DNA of 58,605 nt, filler included, from Sphacelaria rigidula (Eukaryota), in NCBI GenBank assembly GCA_964200075.2. It is 4 parts of 4 records of this genome, joined end to end, with 100 filler letters (N's around TTAATTAATTAA, not from the genome) between each part and the next. Parts side by side here need not be neighbours in the genome. Positions count along the whole stretch, not along the records: positions 1 to 14,579 come from CAXNAA020002168.1; positions 14,680 to 29,257 come from CAXNAA020002169.1; 2 more parts are not named here. One strand, given 5' to 3'. Each line of letters opens with the position of its first letter. Position 1 is the stretch's first letter. The notes beneath the pieces were generated by a model. It searched no databases. It was not told where the DNA came from and worked only from the letters and a program-made list of their open reading frames with translations. Made by a program: the position numbers and the translations under genes. This document shows, in pieces, positions 13,247 through 25,172 of this stretch.

Positions 13247-13394
13247 AGAAGCGGATTTGAAGTTTGCAGGCCTATGCTTCCGCCAATACCTAGAGTCGGA
13301 CTCTGAAAATTGGTATTGACAATGCATAGGGCGTGAAAAAAAGTATTACATCGGCACCAGAAAGGTTTATCATTTGTTACAGGTATCAGTCAAG

Positions 13395-14334
13395 TACTAG
13401 AATCTCTATGACACTCCCGATCGATGCATTTAGCGGATGGTGACGAATTTTGGCGTGGAGAACGCAAAAGAGCCGAATAAAGAACAAAATGGGCCTGCAT
13501 TTGTTTTCGTAGAGGTCAAGGCGTCCTCGTGAAGAAATGGTCTTTACCATGGTATAACGCCCTAAACCAGTGAATAAAGACGAAAAAAAGCAACCCGAAC
13601 CAATTTGTTCTCTTGATTATGCGCTCAGAGAGCGCCCAACCAAAATATAGTGCACGAAGATCAAAGATAGGCCAGTGAGTGGCCTGCGAAATACTGTTCC
13701 GAATTTCTACCGACCCGGCTTCTAAAAGGCCCATGCTCCCGCCAATGTTTGGGGTTGGACCTTGAAATTTGGTATGGACAATGAATAGGGCATGGAAAAA
13801 AAATACATCGGCACCATTTGTTTTTTTTATTCCATGAGTTAAGGGCATTTCACTGAAACCGAAACTGAAAACTGATTATTGCCCCAGACTTATGAAATAA
13901 AAAATGAAAATTGGTGCCGATGTATTTTTTTTTCCATGCCCTATGCATTGTCCATACCAAATTTCAAGGTCCAACCCCAAACATTGGCGGGAGCATGGGC
14001 CTTTTAGAAGCCGGGTCGGTAGAAGTTCGGAACAGTATTTCGCAGGCCACTCACTGGCCTATCTTTGATCTTCGTGCACTATATTTTGGTTGGGCGCTCT
14101 CTGAGCGCTTAATCAAAGGAACAAAGTGGTTCGGGTTGCTTTTTTTCGTTTTTCTTCACTGCTTTAGGGCGTTGTACTACGGTAAAGACTATTTCTTCAC
14201 GAGGACGCCTTGACCTCTACGAAAACAAATGCAGGCCCACTTTGTTCTTTATTCGGCTCTTTTGCGTTCTCCACACCAAAATTCGTCGCCAAGCGCTGAA
14301 TGCATCGATCGGGAGTGTCATAGAGATTCTAGTA
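13395..14334. mobile_element. Foldback/MITE-like element: ~420-bp near-identical inverted arms around a ~95-bp spacer, bounded by TA
   Basis: Left arm TACTAGAATCTCTATGACACTCCCGATCG...ATACATCGGCACCA (13395-13816) is the reverse complement of the right arm TGGTGCCGATGTAT...GGGAGTGTCATAGAGATTCTAGTA (13912-14334). The mirrored ORFs 13516-13848(-) and 13911-14213(+) confirm it. Confidence 0.9.
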
Positions 14335-14349
14335 TTGGCGCTATCCCCC

Positions 14350-14545
14350 TTAGGTATGGGAATTGCCTGACAAGGGGTTCAATCAACGAGAAAATATGAG
14401 CCCAAACGTTTGAGCAAACGGGCATCTTGCCCTTGATCAGACGGTTGATACGATATGCGGATCACGGCCCAACTCGTCTATGTCGATGAGATATTACTTA
14501 TACAGCTCAAATCCGTTTTTAGGCTGGCTCAGCTCGTACAGCAGC
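14350..14545 (+). repeat. Interspersed repeat also present at 54375-54565
   Basis: Both loci share GATCAGACG.TT.ATACGATATGCGGATCACGGCCCAACTCGTCT.TGTCG.TGAGATAT and AAATCCGTTTTT.GG. Confidence 0.85.
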
Positions 14546-14579
14546 AGTATCGGTGGTTGGGCTCGGGATGTAGTCAGTC

Positions 14580-14679
14580 NNNNNNNNNNNNNNNNNNNNN
14601 NNNNNNNNNNNNNNNNNNNNNNNTTAATTAATTAANNNNNNNNNNNNNNNNNNNNNNNNNNNNNNNNNNNNNNNNNNNN
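14580..14679. other. Artificial contig-joining spacer (44 N + TTAATTAATTAA + 44 N)
   Basis: Exactly 100 bp; the central 12-mer gives stops in all six frames; identical at all three junctions. Confidence 0.98.
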
Positions 14680-14759
14680 AGAACAAAAAAAAAAAGAAAA
14701 AAAAAAAAGAGAGCGCACCCCACCCCCCCCCCCCCCCCTCCACAATATTCGAATACTGC

Positions 14760-17700
14760 GTTAGACTTACCCATGTGCTTCCTGCAGGCGTCCAAGTTTG
14801 GGCAGGAGCAGGAAGGTATGTGCGCTTGCACTGTGGTGATACACAGGCGGATCTTGTTAACCTAATATTCCAAATCCTGCGGAGACGTGGTGAGCACAAG
14901 TTCCGGATCCACGGCTACTTGCGCAACAGCGTTTTCGTATCTGAAAAATGAAACCGTCGCCAGCAGTTTTTCGCTCTCCTTGTGAACATCCATCCTCAGA
15001 GTACCATATTTGACCACCAGCATCAGTCTTGTAAATAGATTCTGCATTCGCAGGGCGTTCAAAGCGAAATTCCGTACACATGTGGTGGTAGAAAGTCGCA
15101 CTCAGCCAACAGATAGATTTAAACGAACAGTGCCACCTTCACAGATTGTGTCGGCCAAGGACACTGTCCGTTGGACGATCGAACACCATCGGTCTTGTCC
15201 CATCAGATTCTCGACCGCACTGCATAACCTGTTCACCAGTATGTACCCAGGGACACCATTCACAATGCGCCTGGCAATCACTTGCACCAATTCTCAGCCC
15301 TGCGGCAAAATACATCCGGATGACATTTCCAGGAGTACAATAATCGGTGGAATCCACTGATCAGTATCGATGGAAGTCACGAACCACTTCTTCAAGTGCT
15401 TGCCGAACAACCTCCTAAAGTGGATGATGAGGTGGACCCCAACATCCGCGTTGGCGCCGTCGTCGGCGCTGGCGCCGCCCCGTTTGGTTGCCCACCTGCC
15501 ACCACCGCAAGATATGTCCGCGGAGCCCTGACCAGACCTCTGCCATCGATACCTCCGCCCGCCGCAGTTGCCGCCATCGGCGCATCGCCGTTCCGACCAC
15601 CCACCCACGACCCTGATCCCCCCCCGCTGGATTCTACCGGCGGGCCGCCATCGCCCGCTCGCCGCCAACAGCACTCGTGCCTGTCGCCGCTACTGCCGCT
15701 GCTTCCGCCGCGACCCCCGTCCTGGCTTACCCATCACTATTGTCACATTCGACTGCCGGGTTGTACCCCCCAGCCCACAGCCAAGAACACCGGCACATCC
15801 CGCCGCGTCCGCCATCACCGCCACCGCTCTCCTGCCCCTTCGTTCGCTTGCCACCACCGCCGCCGTAGACTACCAGGCGGGTCTTGCTATACTATCGCTC
15901 ACGGTACCCGCACCGGCAGCCTGTCCCTCCCCACCCAGTTCGCTTGTAATCGCTGCGGCGCAGGATCTCTCGGGTCCTTCCGGCCCCTCACTGACGGCAC
16001 CCACGCAGGGTGCCGCAACCGCCAAAGACCCGCGCCCGCCGGCCGCCATCGTCGCAGCCCTTCCCGCCCGCTCCCATCCAACGCGCCCTCCTACCCGTGC
16101 GACAGTCGTTGGCGCGAAGCCGCTCAGGACAAGCGGTATTCGGGCCCTGTGCGTGACAATCGAGGGTGGCGTGCGCGACGATCAATTGTCCACCAGTGTC
16201 TCGGTACTCGCTGGACATTACTGGCGGTCAGGTCATTCCGCATATGTTCATTGTGTTCCGGAAAACAAGCCCTGGACGCCTGGCTCTCGGCGAAGGACAT
16301 TCGCCGACGTGGGACGGAACTTTGTGTAGCACGTTTGGAGCTTATCGGTTCATCCTCGGCGTGCTTGTGCCCCTTAAGAATGCCCACAGAGTCGGGATCG
16401 TCCTATGCCAGCACGGACATGTTGGTCCCGGCGTCCGTTCATTCAGTACGCACCTAGGCTGCATGTTTAGCTCCGAATGCTGGGCACCCGCCCTCTGTAA
16501 TGGCCTGAGCAGGTTCCCTGCCCGCAATTACTTTATCGTAGGGCCATGGTCAGAGTTTAGACACGAAGTTGCAGTTGTGGAACAACGCGAACGGAGCGAC
16601 TTGGTCTTCTGCCTATCGCTGTTGCGTCCGTGCCACTCAAACGAGTGCACAGACAATCTTCCCGGCCGCATGAGCAATCTGAAGTGGGTTGGTGATTTTG
16701 TAGAAGCGCAGGTGGGCGCGCGCTAGCGCCATCTGCGCGAAAATCCAACAATAGCTGGGCCTCTGCTAACCCTGCCGCACCGAGATGACACCATCAATAC
16801 CCTCAGCCGGGACCCGGTCGGTGGCACGCGCTCCACAGCCGCGATACCGCGTCGTGTGTCCGATCGGAAAATGAGCACCTGTAGCACGCGCCGTCGACAA
16901 GGGGAAACATGGTGTGACAGACGTCGCGACCGCAGCCTCGCTTCGGCCTTTCACGCCCCCTGCTTCCACTCACTGGGACAGACTCTGCTGGCGCGGACTG
17001 CTCCCTCCTACAGCTATCGCGATTTCCGGGAAGGCCTTATGAACTGGTGCGCCGATTCGATGTCTTCCCTCAATCACCGTGCGCGCAATGTACAGTACGA
17101 CCAGCATCGAGGGATGGTGCCTGCCCTTCCCGATCCTCGATAATCTCGCTGTTAGCTCGATTTGTTGGCACCGGTGCTACTTTCTCTTGTTCGGGTGCCG
17201 ACACAGATGAGCTGTCGACGTCATGAACGGGACCTGGGTCGACCTCAGGGGTGGAAGTATATCTAGCCTATCTTCTCTTTTCGCTTTGATTATGAAGCAG
17301 ATGGGTTCGAATGTGTTGGTTTCAAGGATCATGGCGAGCCCGGTCGTTCGTTACCGTGTCACGATGGCAGTGAAAAGCCTCCCGGTGACCCTCCAACAGG
17401 CCCTTGTTTTTCGTTGTTTGGGGATGCGGGTGTCGATGCTACCCCGGGAGAGTGTAGTGCCTTCGGCGGATACTCCTTTGCCCGGTTCCTGTGTTGCAAT
17501 GCAGCCTTCTGTTCCTCGGGTTATGCTCTCTATGCGCTTTTATCATCTGGGTGATTCCTCCCATCAGTATTCATTTTCCGTGTCGACGTCTATACGTGAG
17601 CATGCGGGGGTGTACCTCTCCTGGAGCCGGGTGGGGAACGTCCTTTCTTCGCCTTGGAATATGTGGTTGAATTCCCCACCCCTACGGATCTCCCGCTGGT

Positions 17701-18386
17701 AATTCCCCCACCTTTGCACGGGGTAATGTCCACTTTGTTGACAGCTATGGTCGCACGATTGGATGGCGATAACTCGCGTGAGTTTCAATCCAACACTGCC
17801 ATAGTCGAGACTTCACAGGTCGCGCCTCCCCTGCCGGATCGACACGCCCTGTGCTCCGCCGGACGCTACGTCCTCCAGCACCCCTTGGTTTCCTGCAACT
17901 GTGCTATCAGCGGTCGCATTTGGCGCCCCCGACTCACTGAACAGCGCAGTTGCTGTCTGTTTCTTGTAGGACTAGGGGCTTAGCCCCGTTTACGCTTCGC
18001 CTTGCGTGGCCAACGTGGCCACCGGCGATTCCCCTCAGATTTCCATCGCTTCTGTACGTTCGGAATCTGTCGGTCGAGATCTACTTTCAACCACAGACGT
18101 AGCATGTGTCGGAAGGGATGGCGGTCCCAGCGATACTGGTGCTTCACCACCTGTCCGGAGGAGATGAAACAACGATAGATGGGTGCAAGGTGTCAGCTGC
18201 GTGTTCTGTTTAAAATTGAGGCCGTCGGAGCCCGGGATTTATGTGAAGTTCCTCAATTTCGTTCAAACGCCACAACCATAACAGTAACCGTGAGCACAGT
18301 AGTCAGACGCGTGCGATCTTCAGCAATTTTACTTTAGAGAATACTACTGCGCTCACCTCGAGATCGATTTTGGGTGTGGTGCGACA
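14760..18386 (-). mobile_element. Heavily decayed Gypsy-like LTR retrotransposon (element 2): 5' LTR, PBS, gag, protease and RT remnants
   Basis: Minus strand reads TGTCG...GGACA (18386-18152), then GG, then TGGTGAAGCACC (PBS-like). Degenerate zinc-knuckle remnants at ~16150-16280; possible degenerate DSG motif at ~15350-15365; KIRLCI...PNLDAC resembles the start of RT at ~14780-14860. Confidence 0.55.
18152..18386 (-). repeat. Putative 235-bp 5' LTR of element 2
   Basis: TGTC...GACA terminal inverted 4-mer, followed after 2 nt by a TGG PBS; no second copy in the contig. Confidence 0.5.
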
Positions 18387-19595
18387 CGTTCAGACAACCC
18401 GGTGGGCGCCTGAGCAGGTATGCAGACGTTGCATCCCGCGAGTGAGCCCTGGGGATCGTTTACATCTACCGTGAGCGAATGTCTCGGAGGGTGAATGGGT
18501 GGAGGGTTGAGCTTCAATGCTTTCGATCCAACGCGTCATTTATCATGTGGTTATGATGCCTTGCCAGCCTACGGCAACGGAGTTGTATTTTTTCTTGTCA
18601 TATTTTCTGATGGTCGCAGCGTGCGATCGTGATCCTGTAGTATTGTTCAACTTCGCATCTCCGTTGATCTCGCTCCACGTAAAAGGGTTATTTGAAATTG
18701 TTGTAGCTTACCATCACGCGCTCCTTCTGCCAACAGAGGCACTAGCAGCGATATGAATGTTCATTCATGGACAACGCAAACCGCAGAATGACACGTTACT
18801 CACGACCGCAGTAAGCAGGACGTGATTCTTGTAGGCTGACCCGACCGCCACATATGCACTACAACTGTACATGGCGATATATTATGGCAATCGAGGCATT
18901 TTAGCACCAAGAATTTTACTTACAATGCCCTGTATTGGACTGCACTGTGCTGTGCTGACCTGAACTGGAGTGTACTGTCTGTACTATATGAGACGCCCTA
19001 GAGCGTCCTTGGAGAAAAATTGACCATTTTCAAATTTTAGCCAACTCATTACATCTACGACATGAATGAACTTCAACAAATCATCGTGCACTGGAAACCC
19101 TGTGCTCTGTAGATGGTGAAAAACCCCTCCGCGCCTCTGCAGGTGGCGTCACGCGAGTGTGGTGCTCTCCCATAACATCGGAGGTCAGGTTTTACGGGGA
19201 GGGGGGGGGGTGTTTCCCCTAGACCGCACAAATTCTGCAAACACTCGTTGAATTTGGTACCGTTACCATTGCAATTTGCGAGAGGAACTGCCTGCCTGCA
19301 TGTCAACACACCTTAACCGGCGCATTTGAGGAAAGCTTGGTGTGATGATGGATCTGCATCTTGACTATCCGTGTATCCATCATATACCCATGTAAATTTG
19401 TCTCTTCTTTTGGTACTGCGTGCTCAAAATGAGTGATACGGTCAAAATAATCACTAACAGCAACATCAATAAGACCCGCGTTTCGCCACGTGCTACAGTA
19501 CAGTAGTACACTGTAAGTCTTCCGGCACAGGTGCTCGTAGACTGGGATTTCGAACACCCAGGCAGCCCCCCCCTCCCCTCCCGTGTGGGGTTTTC

Positions 19596-20648
19596 CTCAT
19601 GATCTTGCATGCCATCGTCATCTGACCATTAACCTCGCATCCCTGCAAAGCCAGGACGGAGCACGCCGGGTTTTCGCCAGACCAGGCTCGCAATCAATCT
19701 CCTCCCTCGTCGGGGGAATTTCAACTGAAGGTATAGTCGGGCAATCAGGAACTAGAACTCTTCAAAACTGCAACCTATGATTTCTCAATCAATTGATGTG
19801 TACTTCTTGCATTTCTTTGCATTGCACCATGCTCGCTCTACTTCCGCGGTATGACACTAGCTATACCCTGGGCCACCAGTAGATTTAAACTTCAGCTACC
19901 ACCCCCGGAGGGGTAACTTGAACGTTTCGATACAAAAATGCTTGAAGCAAAAATGATGCGGAGAGGATCGAGCGTAGCGTGATCTGGGTCCCGCGGATCT
20001 GACACAAATCGTGCAGGATGCACCGTATAGATCATGGATGAATCGCATCGGATCACCATTGGATTATCAGGCGCATCCGTTTCCTTGTGGGATAGGGTTC
20101 CTGCCTAGATATTGTGGTCTCCAAGTAGCTGAAACTTCTGACGAGGATACTTAATTAGCCGCGTCCACCTCCAACGGTGCACCTCCCGACGATGAACTGG
20201 CACGCTCGGAGACCCCAATCTCCATAAGCTAGAGGCATTGTCGAGGACAGGCGGGGGTTTACTCGTCATCTTGCATGCCTCGGTCATAAGACCGTTGACC
20301 TCGCATCCATAGAAAGCCGGGGCGGAGCACGTCGGGTTTTCATTGGACCAGGCTCGCAATCACCAAGCGCGAAGCGCCGTGATGTGTTTTGCGAGTCGCA
20401 TCAAGGGTGCTTCGTGCTAAGATTATTCGGCCCGAAGCGTACTGACTATCTTGCGTATGGATGAAAGCCTCGCACGGGTTGCTGGGGGGCGGGGGTAGGG
20501 GGGGAGGGATATCCAGCTACGTGCACAATAACTTCAGATTCTTGGGAGGGGCACGGCATTCGCTTTGTATCATTGCCACCCCACCTCCTCCCTCAAGCTT
20601 GATTCGGCGAAAACCCGGCGCGCTCCGTCCCGGCTTTGTAGGGACGGA
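19596..20648. repeat. ~100-bp dispersed repeat: direct copies at 19596-19696 and 20262-20362, partial inverted copy at 20606-20648
   Basis: Shared ATCTTGCATGCC...ACCTCGCATCC...AAAGCC.G..CGGAGCACG.CGGGTTTTC...ACCAGGCTCGCAATCA. Confidence 0.8.
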
Positions 20649-20867
20649 CCCCCTATGGGGTTGGCGTCGGTTGGTAATGACACTGGAAAACAAGCCACTC
20701 TCTCCTGAGCTAGGGAGCCAGGTAACTCTCTTTTTGCGCGCTTGTGTTTTTTTTTGCGGTCATCGTGATGGTGGTCGAGCTAGATCATACTGTGTGGGGT
20801 GGGAAAACCTCGATTCCGCGCAGAGGGGGTGATCATACCGCGTGTTTCAATGGTGAAGCACCCATGA

Positions 20868-23800
20868 GGGGGGTGCACTGATTTGTTGCTTGCCTTAGTC
20901 GTTTGACCATTGACCATGCATCCCTTCCGAGACGGAGCACCGTTCCTACTCCTAGTAGAGATACCCCCAAGATTCTAGTCCTCAGTACGTTTCTTCCATA
21001 CACTACACAAAAACCTTTTACATATCTCATCCCCGTCCTATTTCGCCGTCTGTGGCCACCATCTATCTCCTAGTATAGCCATCGTTTTGTCCCTACTGCC
21101 TAGGGCATCAAACGATTTCATGCCACCTTCGTTTACGTCCCTCATTTCCCCCTTTAGCACGTCTCGTTCCTCCTCGTATAGTTCACATTCTACCACTATA
21201 TATATGAGTTCTGCTTTCTATTGTTTTGCCACAGGGGCAATTCTGTGCATCTACTTCCTCCTCCTTTCGACTACTGGTACATCTCTTTCTTCTTTCTGGC
21301 AGGTCCAGGTCCCCCACCCGAAATCGCAGTTTCACCTTTTTCGCCGCGTCTATTGGGCTATACAGATACGAAGTATATTTTCGTCCCTATCCCCACTTTC
21401 AACCCCTGTTCTTCCTCGTCTACTTGGCGTCTGAGCGCCCATTTCCTCTTATTTTTATCATGTCTCTTACTTTTGTCCTGTACTCCGCACCTTCACCTAT
21501 GGACAATATTTCGTCTCTGTTTCTGCCTATCTCCTTCCATGCTTTGTCGACGTCTTCATTCCACCTTGTTCTAGCATGTCCTTTCGTCACTTTCTTGCAT
21601 ACAGCCCTATCAACTACAGCTGGCAATCTCTTTCGCTGCATGTTCTTCACGCTCAATTGCCATCTCAACTTTTTCATGTCTCTGTTCGTTTTAAGAGGTC
21701 TCTGTTTGTCTTAAGTGGGTAAATTCCCAACTGTGCTCTCAAACCGTATTAATCGTCGTTTTCGAGCATCCAAGTGTTCGCTGCTGCCATCTGTACTGTT
21801 TCCAACCTCTCCACCAACTTCACGTTCCCCTCCCGTTCCTCTCCTGCATATTCCAGCTTTGGTACAATAACGTTTATAAGGATACATATCTTAATCCTAG
21901 TATCTAGGTGCAAGTCTCTGAGGATCACGTCCATCCTGCCTATCTGTGCCTTACCCTTCCCTAATACTCATTAGTTCATGTGCGCCTCTCAAGACCTCTA
22001 CGCCAAGGTGTGTCTACTAGTCTACGATCGGCAGTTCCTCTTCTCCCCACTTTCATTTGAATTCTACCGGATTATTCTTATGTTCGTTACAGACGAGTAC
22101 CACACATTTGTGGACGTTCGGTGTCACTCTCCATTTCCTTGTGTATTCCGGCGCCTTGTCTATCTCTTTCTGTAACCTTTTGCAGTTCCTGAAATCCCTA
22201 CAAAATCATCTGCGAACATCAATCATGATACCATATCTTCACCCACTTTGACTCATTGCTTTAATGTTTCTAGTGCGATTATCAAGTCATAAATAAACAC
22301 CTTGAACAAAGTGGGTGATAAAGTACATCCTGATGCAACTCCTTGAAAAGTATCAAAATATTTCGATATTCCCCCGTCCATGGCACTTTTGGCGCATTCT
22401 GTCATCTTCTTCACCATTCTCCATATCTTTCCTCATATCCTATTTTCCCACAACTCTTTCCACAACCCATTTCTCCATACTGTGTCATGAGCCTTTTGTA
22501 CATGCAAAAAGAAGCAGTACGTTGTCAGTCCGGTGTATCTTCTATCCTGAATAACCTTACCTAACGTGTACACATGGTCTACGCAACTACGGTTTGGTCT
22601 AAATCCTGCTTGCCCCTTGCTGATCTTGTCTTCCTTTTCTAGCATCGTTCCTACTCTATTGTTCATAATACTACAGAATGCTTTCCCTACCATACTCAGT
22701 AGCGTTATCCCTCTATGATTTCCAGGGCCAGCCTTATCTCCTTTTTTTGAAAAGGTTGATAACTACTCCTTCTCTCCACCTCTTGGGTGTGTACTCGTTT
22801 TCCCAGTTCCAGTTGTACAGCATAACCATCATGATAATCATTCCCTCTCCCCCTTCCTTCAGAAATCCATTCACGTTTCCGTCTGCCCCTGCTGCCTTTC
22901 TCTTCTTGAGTTTAGTTACACACTCCTTTAACTCATCTCTGATGAACTCCCTCTGCAATTCTTTGGAGCCACTATCCCCCCGTTTCGTCGCTTCTACATT
23001 TACCTCTGCCCACGCGTTGATTCCTTTTCGAATTCCATGTCGAAGTTCGTTTTAGTTTATTGTGTTCCTAGTTTACGGTGGTGCTCTTCAAGCACTTCTC
23101 TTTTCCCCTTCGAACTACTAACCGTTTTACAATTTTGTGCACGTAGTGTAGACCGCCGCGCCCCGGTGGTGTGATGGTCCGACTGTCGCCATTAGGGTGG
23201 AGAGAATTGGGGTTCGATTCCCGATGCGTTGGGTTTTCTCTTCGTAATGTATGATTTCCACCGTGGAACTCGTGAGAACGTGAGTAAACAAAGTAGTCGA
23301 CTGGGTTTGTGTGACGTGAGTTGACGCGGTGCGGAAGTGCTGACCCAATCCGCGAGATCAAAATGAAAGGCACGTACCGGGGGAGAGATGGGATGATCCC
23401 CTGAGACCATGGACCCATCCCGAGGAAGGGGAGGGGTTCAAAGTGTAAGACAAAAAAAAAGTGTGGTTATCTCCTCGTCTGTCTTTCCTGCCTGTTTTCC
23501 TGCCTGCTTTCCCATGATCCCTTTTATCCCTACCCACATTTGTTTCATCCCGCCATCGAAGTCTCTATTTGTTTTATTCACTACGGCTTCCCATACTCCC
23601 TTCTTCTTCTGTACCATATGTTTTACTACCTTTCGAGCTTTAGTATACTCCTCCTATCCTGACGTAGTTTTACTCGATATGCCTCCTGTGTGGGCCTCCT
23701 TACTCTTATAGCCTCTATGACTTCCCCATCCCACCATGTTATTGCTCTGTTGCATACGATCAGTTCCTTACCTATGACTTCACTCGCTGTATTCTTGACC

Positions 23801-24010
23801 AACTGCTCCCATCCTTCTATAATTTTCGCTCCTGCCCGATTTCTTTCCATTTCGGTATCAACTGTACCTACGCGTTCCAAAAGCTCGAAAAAATGTCACT
23901 GCATTTTTGGCCATCTCTTCCTGGAATTCTTACTGCTTTTCATCCTTTTCCAGTTTATCGACACGGCATTTGCACAATTTCCTACTCCGCCTGCTTTCTC
24001 TGTCCCATAA
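20868..24010 (-). mobile_element. 5'-truncated, decayed non-LTR retrotransposon (LINE): ORF2 RT domain and C-terminal CCHC finger
   Basis: LKKRKAAGADG...WREGVVINLFKK; GQAGFRPNRSCVDHVYTL...FFLHVQKAHDTVWRNGLW; IVPKLEYAGE; CPCGKTIESRTH...EC at ~21185-21240. Many stops and frameshifts. Confidence 0.93.
23150..23459 (+). mobile_element. tRNA-derived SINE (~310 bp) with A-tail and 5-bp TSD, inserted antisense into the LINE
   Basis: Pol III A box TGGTGTGATGG (23167-23177); B box GGTTCGATTCC (23211-23221); oligo(A) end; AGTGT duplicated at 23145-23149 and 23460-23464. Removing it restores the LINE reading EITTLRAQN. Confidence 0.85.
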
Positions 24011-25172
24011 GTAAAGTCCGTTATGATCACACGGACCCTCAACCGTGTCCAATGCCGTAGGCGATATATATATATTTAACTATTCAGTGTTCTTTTAGGT
24101 GAATCGCGTCTTTTCTCCCCCTGTTTGCGCAGCAACCAGCGTGCGCGAATAGTCGATGAACGATCACTCGGCTCGAAAATGGCCATATTTCGCCCCCTTT
24201 TCCGTAAAATAGGGTAGAACCCTAGAAAAAATACAGCAAAAATCGCGAAAAAAAGGATAACTGGCTCTTTTTCTCCGGTTCATCGCTGGTATATGATAGC
24301 TACGCTTAGTCCGAATCCACTAGCTTACATTGCAGCTTCCGATCACTTCAAAACAAGCCAAATTCGTCGAAATTCGGCCGACAATGTACAGATTGGCGAA
24401 ATTTGGTCGAAATTTTATCGTGTTTGACCCAACGATTCTAAGGTTGTAGGTCGGTTATTTTTTTTGTTTTTTTCCAGTGGCCATCTCCACAGCTATATAT
24501 TTTTAACGAACCTAACCATAACATCGTAAGCACCTCCGTTTGCGAGGTACGGCCTATCCCCCATCACGGACTTTACTTATGGAACAGAGGAAATATTTCT
24601 TTTAGCTCTCGTCTGTTGGCTTTCTGCCCATAGTAGGCAATGATCTGTAGTTCGCCCGTCCTCTGCGCATATATCTACTTCCATTTCTTTACTATTTCCA
24701 TGCTCTACGACTTGTAACCAAAAGATATCGAGCCGTAGGTTTCAGTATAATCGCATGCATGATTGGAGCAGTGGCAGGGGACAGGGGATCCTGGATTGAT
24801 GGCCCTTATCTGTGTGGCCCCTTGCTGTCTGGCTCGTGATGTGGTCTGTTGAGGATCACTCCGTGATAATAACAAGTGAGAAGAAAGGGCTTGTCGAGCA
24901 CGAGGCCAGTGCTACTGGAGGAGTCCCTCGTGGATGGCCCTCTTGTCCAGATCGTCTGGCAGAGGCTATCATATCCAGATATTATTCTTCGGCACTCTGT
25001 TGGAGGAGTTTGGGTGGGAAGAGGGACCGCAGCTGGAAGCCAACGTGGCCTGCAGTCGTGGAGACCAACTTGTAGCCAACTTGAAGCGCACAGCAGTGAA
25101 GGACGCTCCGTGGGCTGGAGGACGCACAAGTCAGGCAAGAGTCTTTTCGTGAAGGGGTGAATCCTAGACGAC

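Noticed and set aside
13516..14213. Pair of divergent paralogous small membrane-protein ORFs
   Set aside because: They are the two arms of an inverted repeat; there is no coding evidence.
14624..14635. Repeated TTAATTAATTAA palindrome as a biological motif
   Set aside because: It is always centred in N runs of fixed length, so it is a synthetic six-frame-stop linker.
15396..16457. 353-aa Pro/Arg-rich plus-strand ORF as a gene
   Set aside because: GC-rich antisense shadow of the decayed minus-strand gag; the same applies to 27786-29039(-), 32781-33533(+) and 57610-58605(-).
23160..23230. Functional tRNA gene
   Set aside because: A and B boxes are present, but there is no convincing acceptor or anticodon stem, and it continues into a body with an A-tail and TSD, so it is a SINE head.
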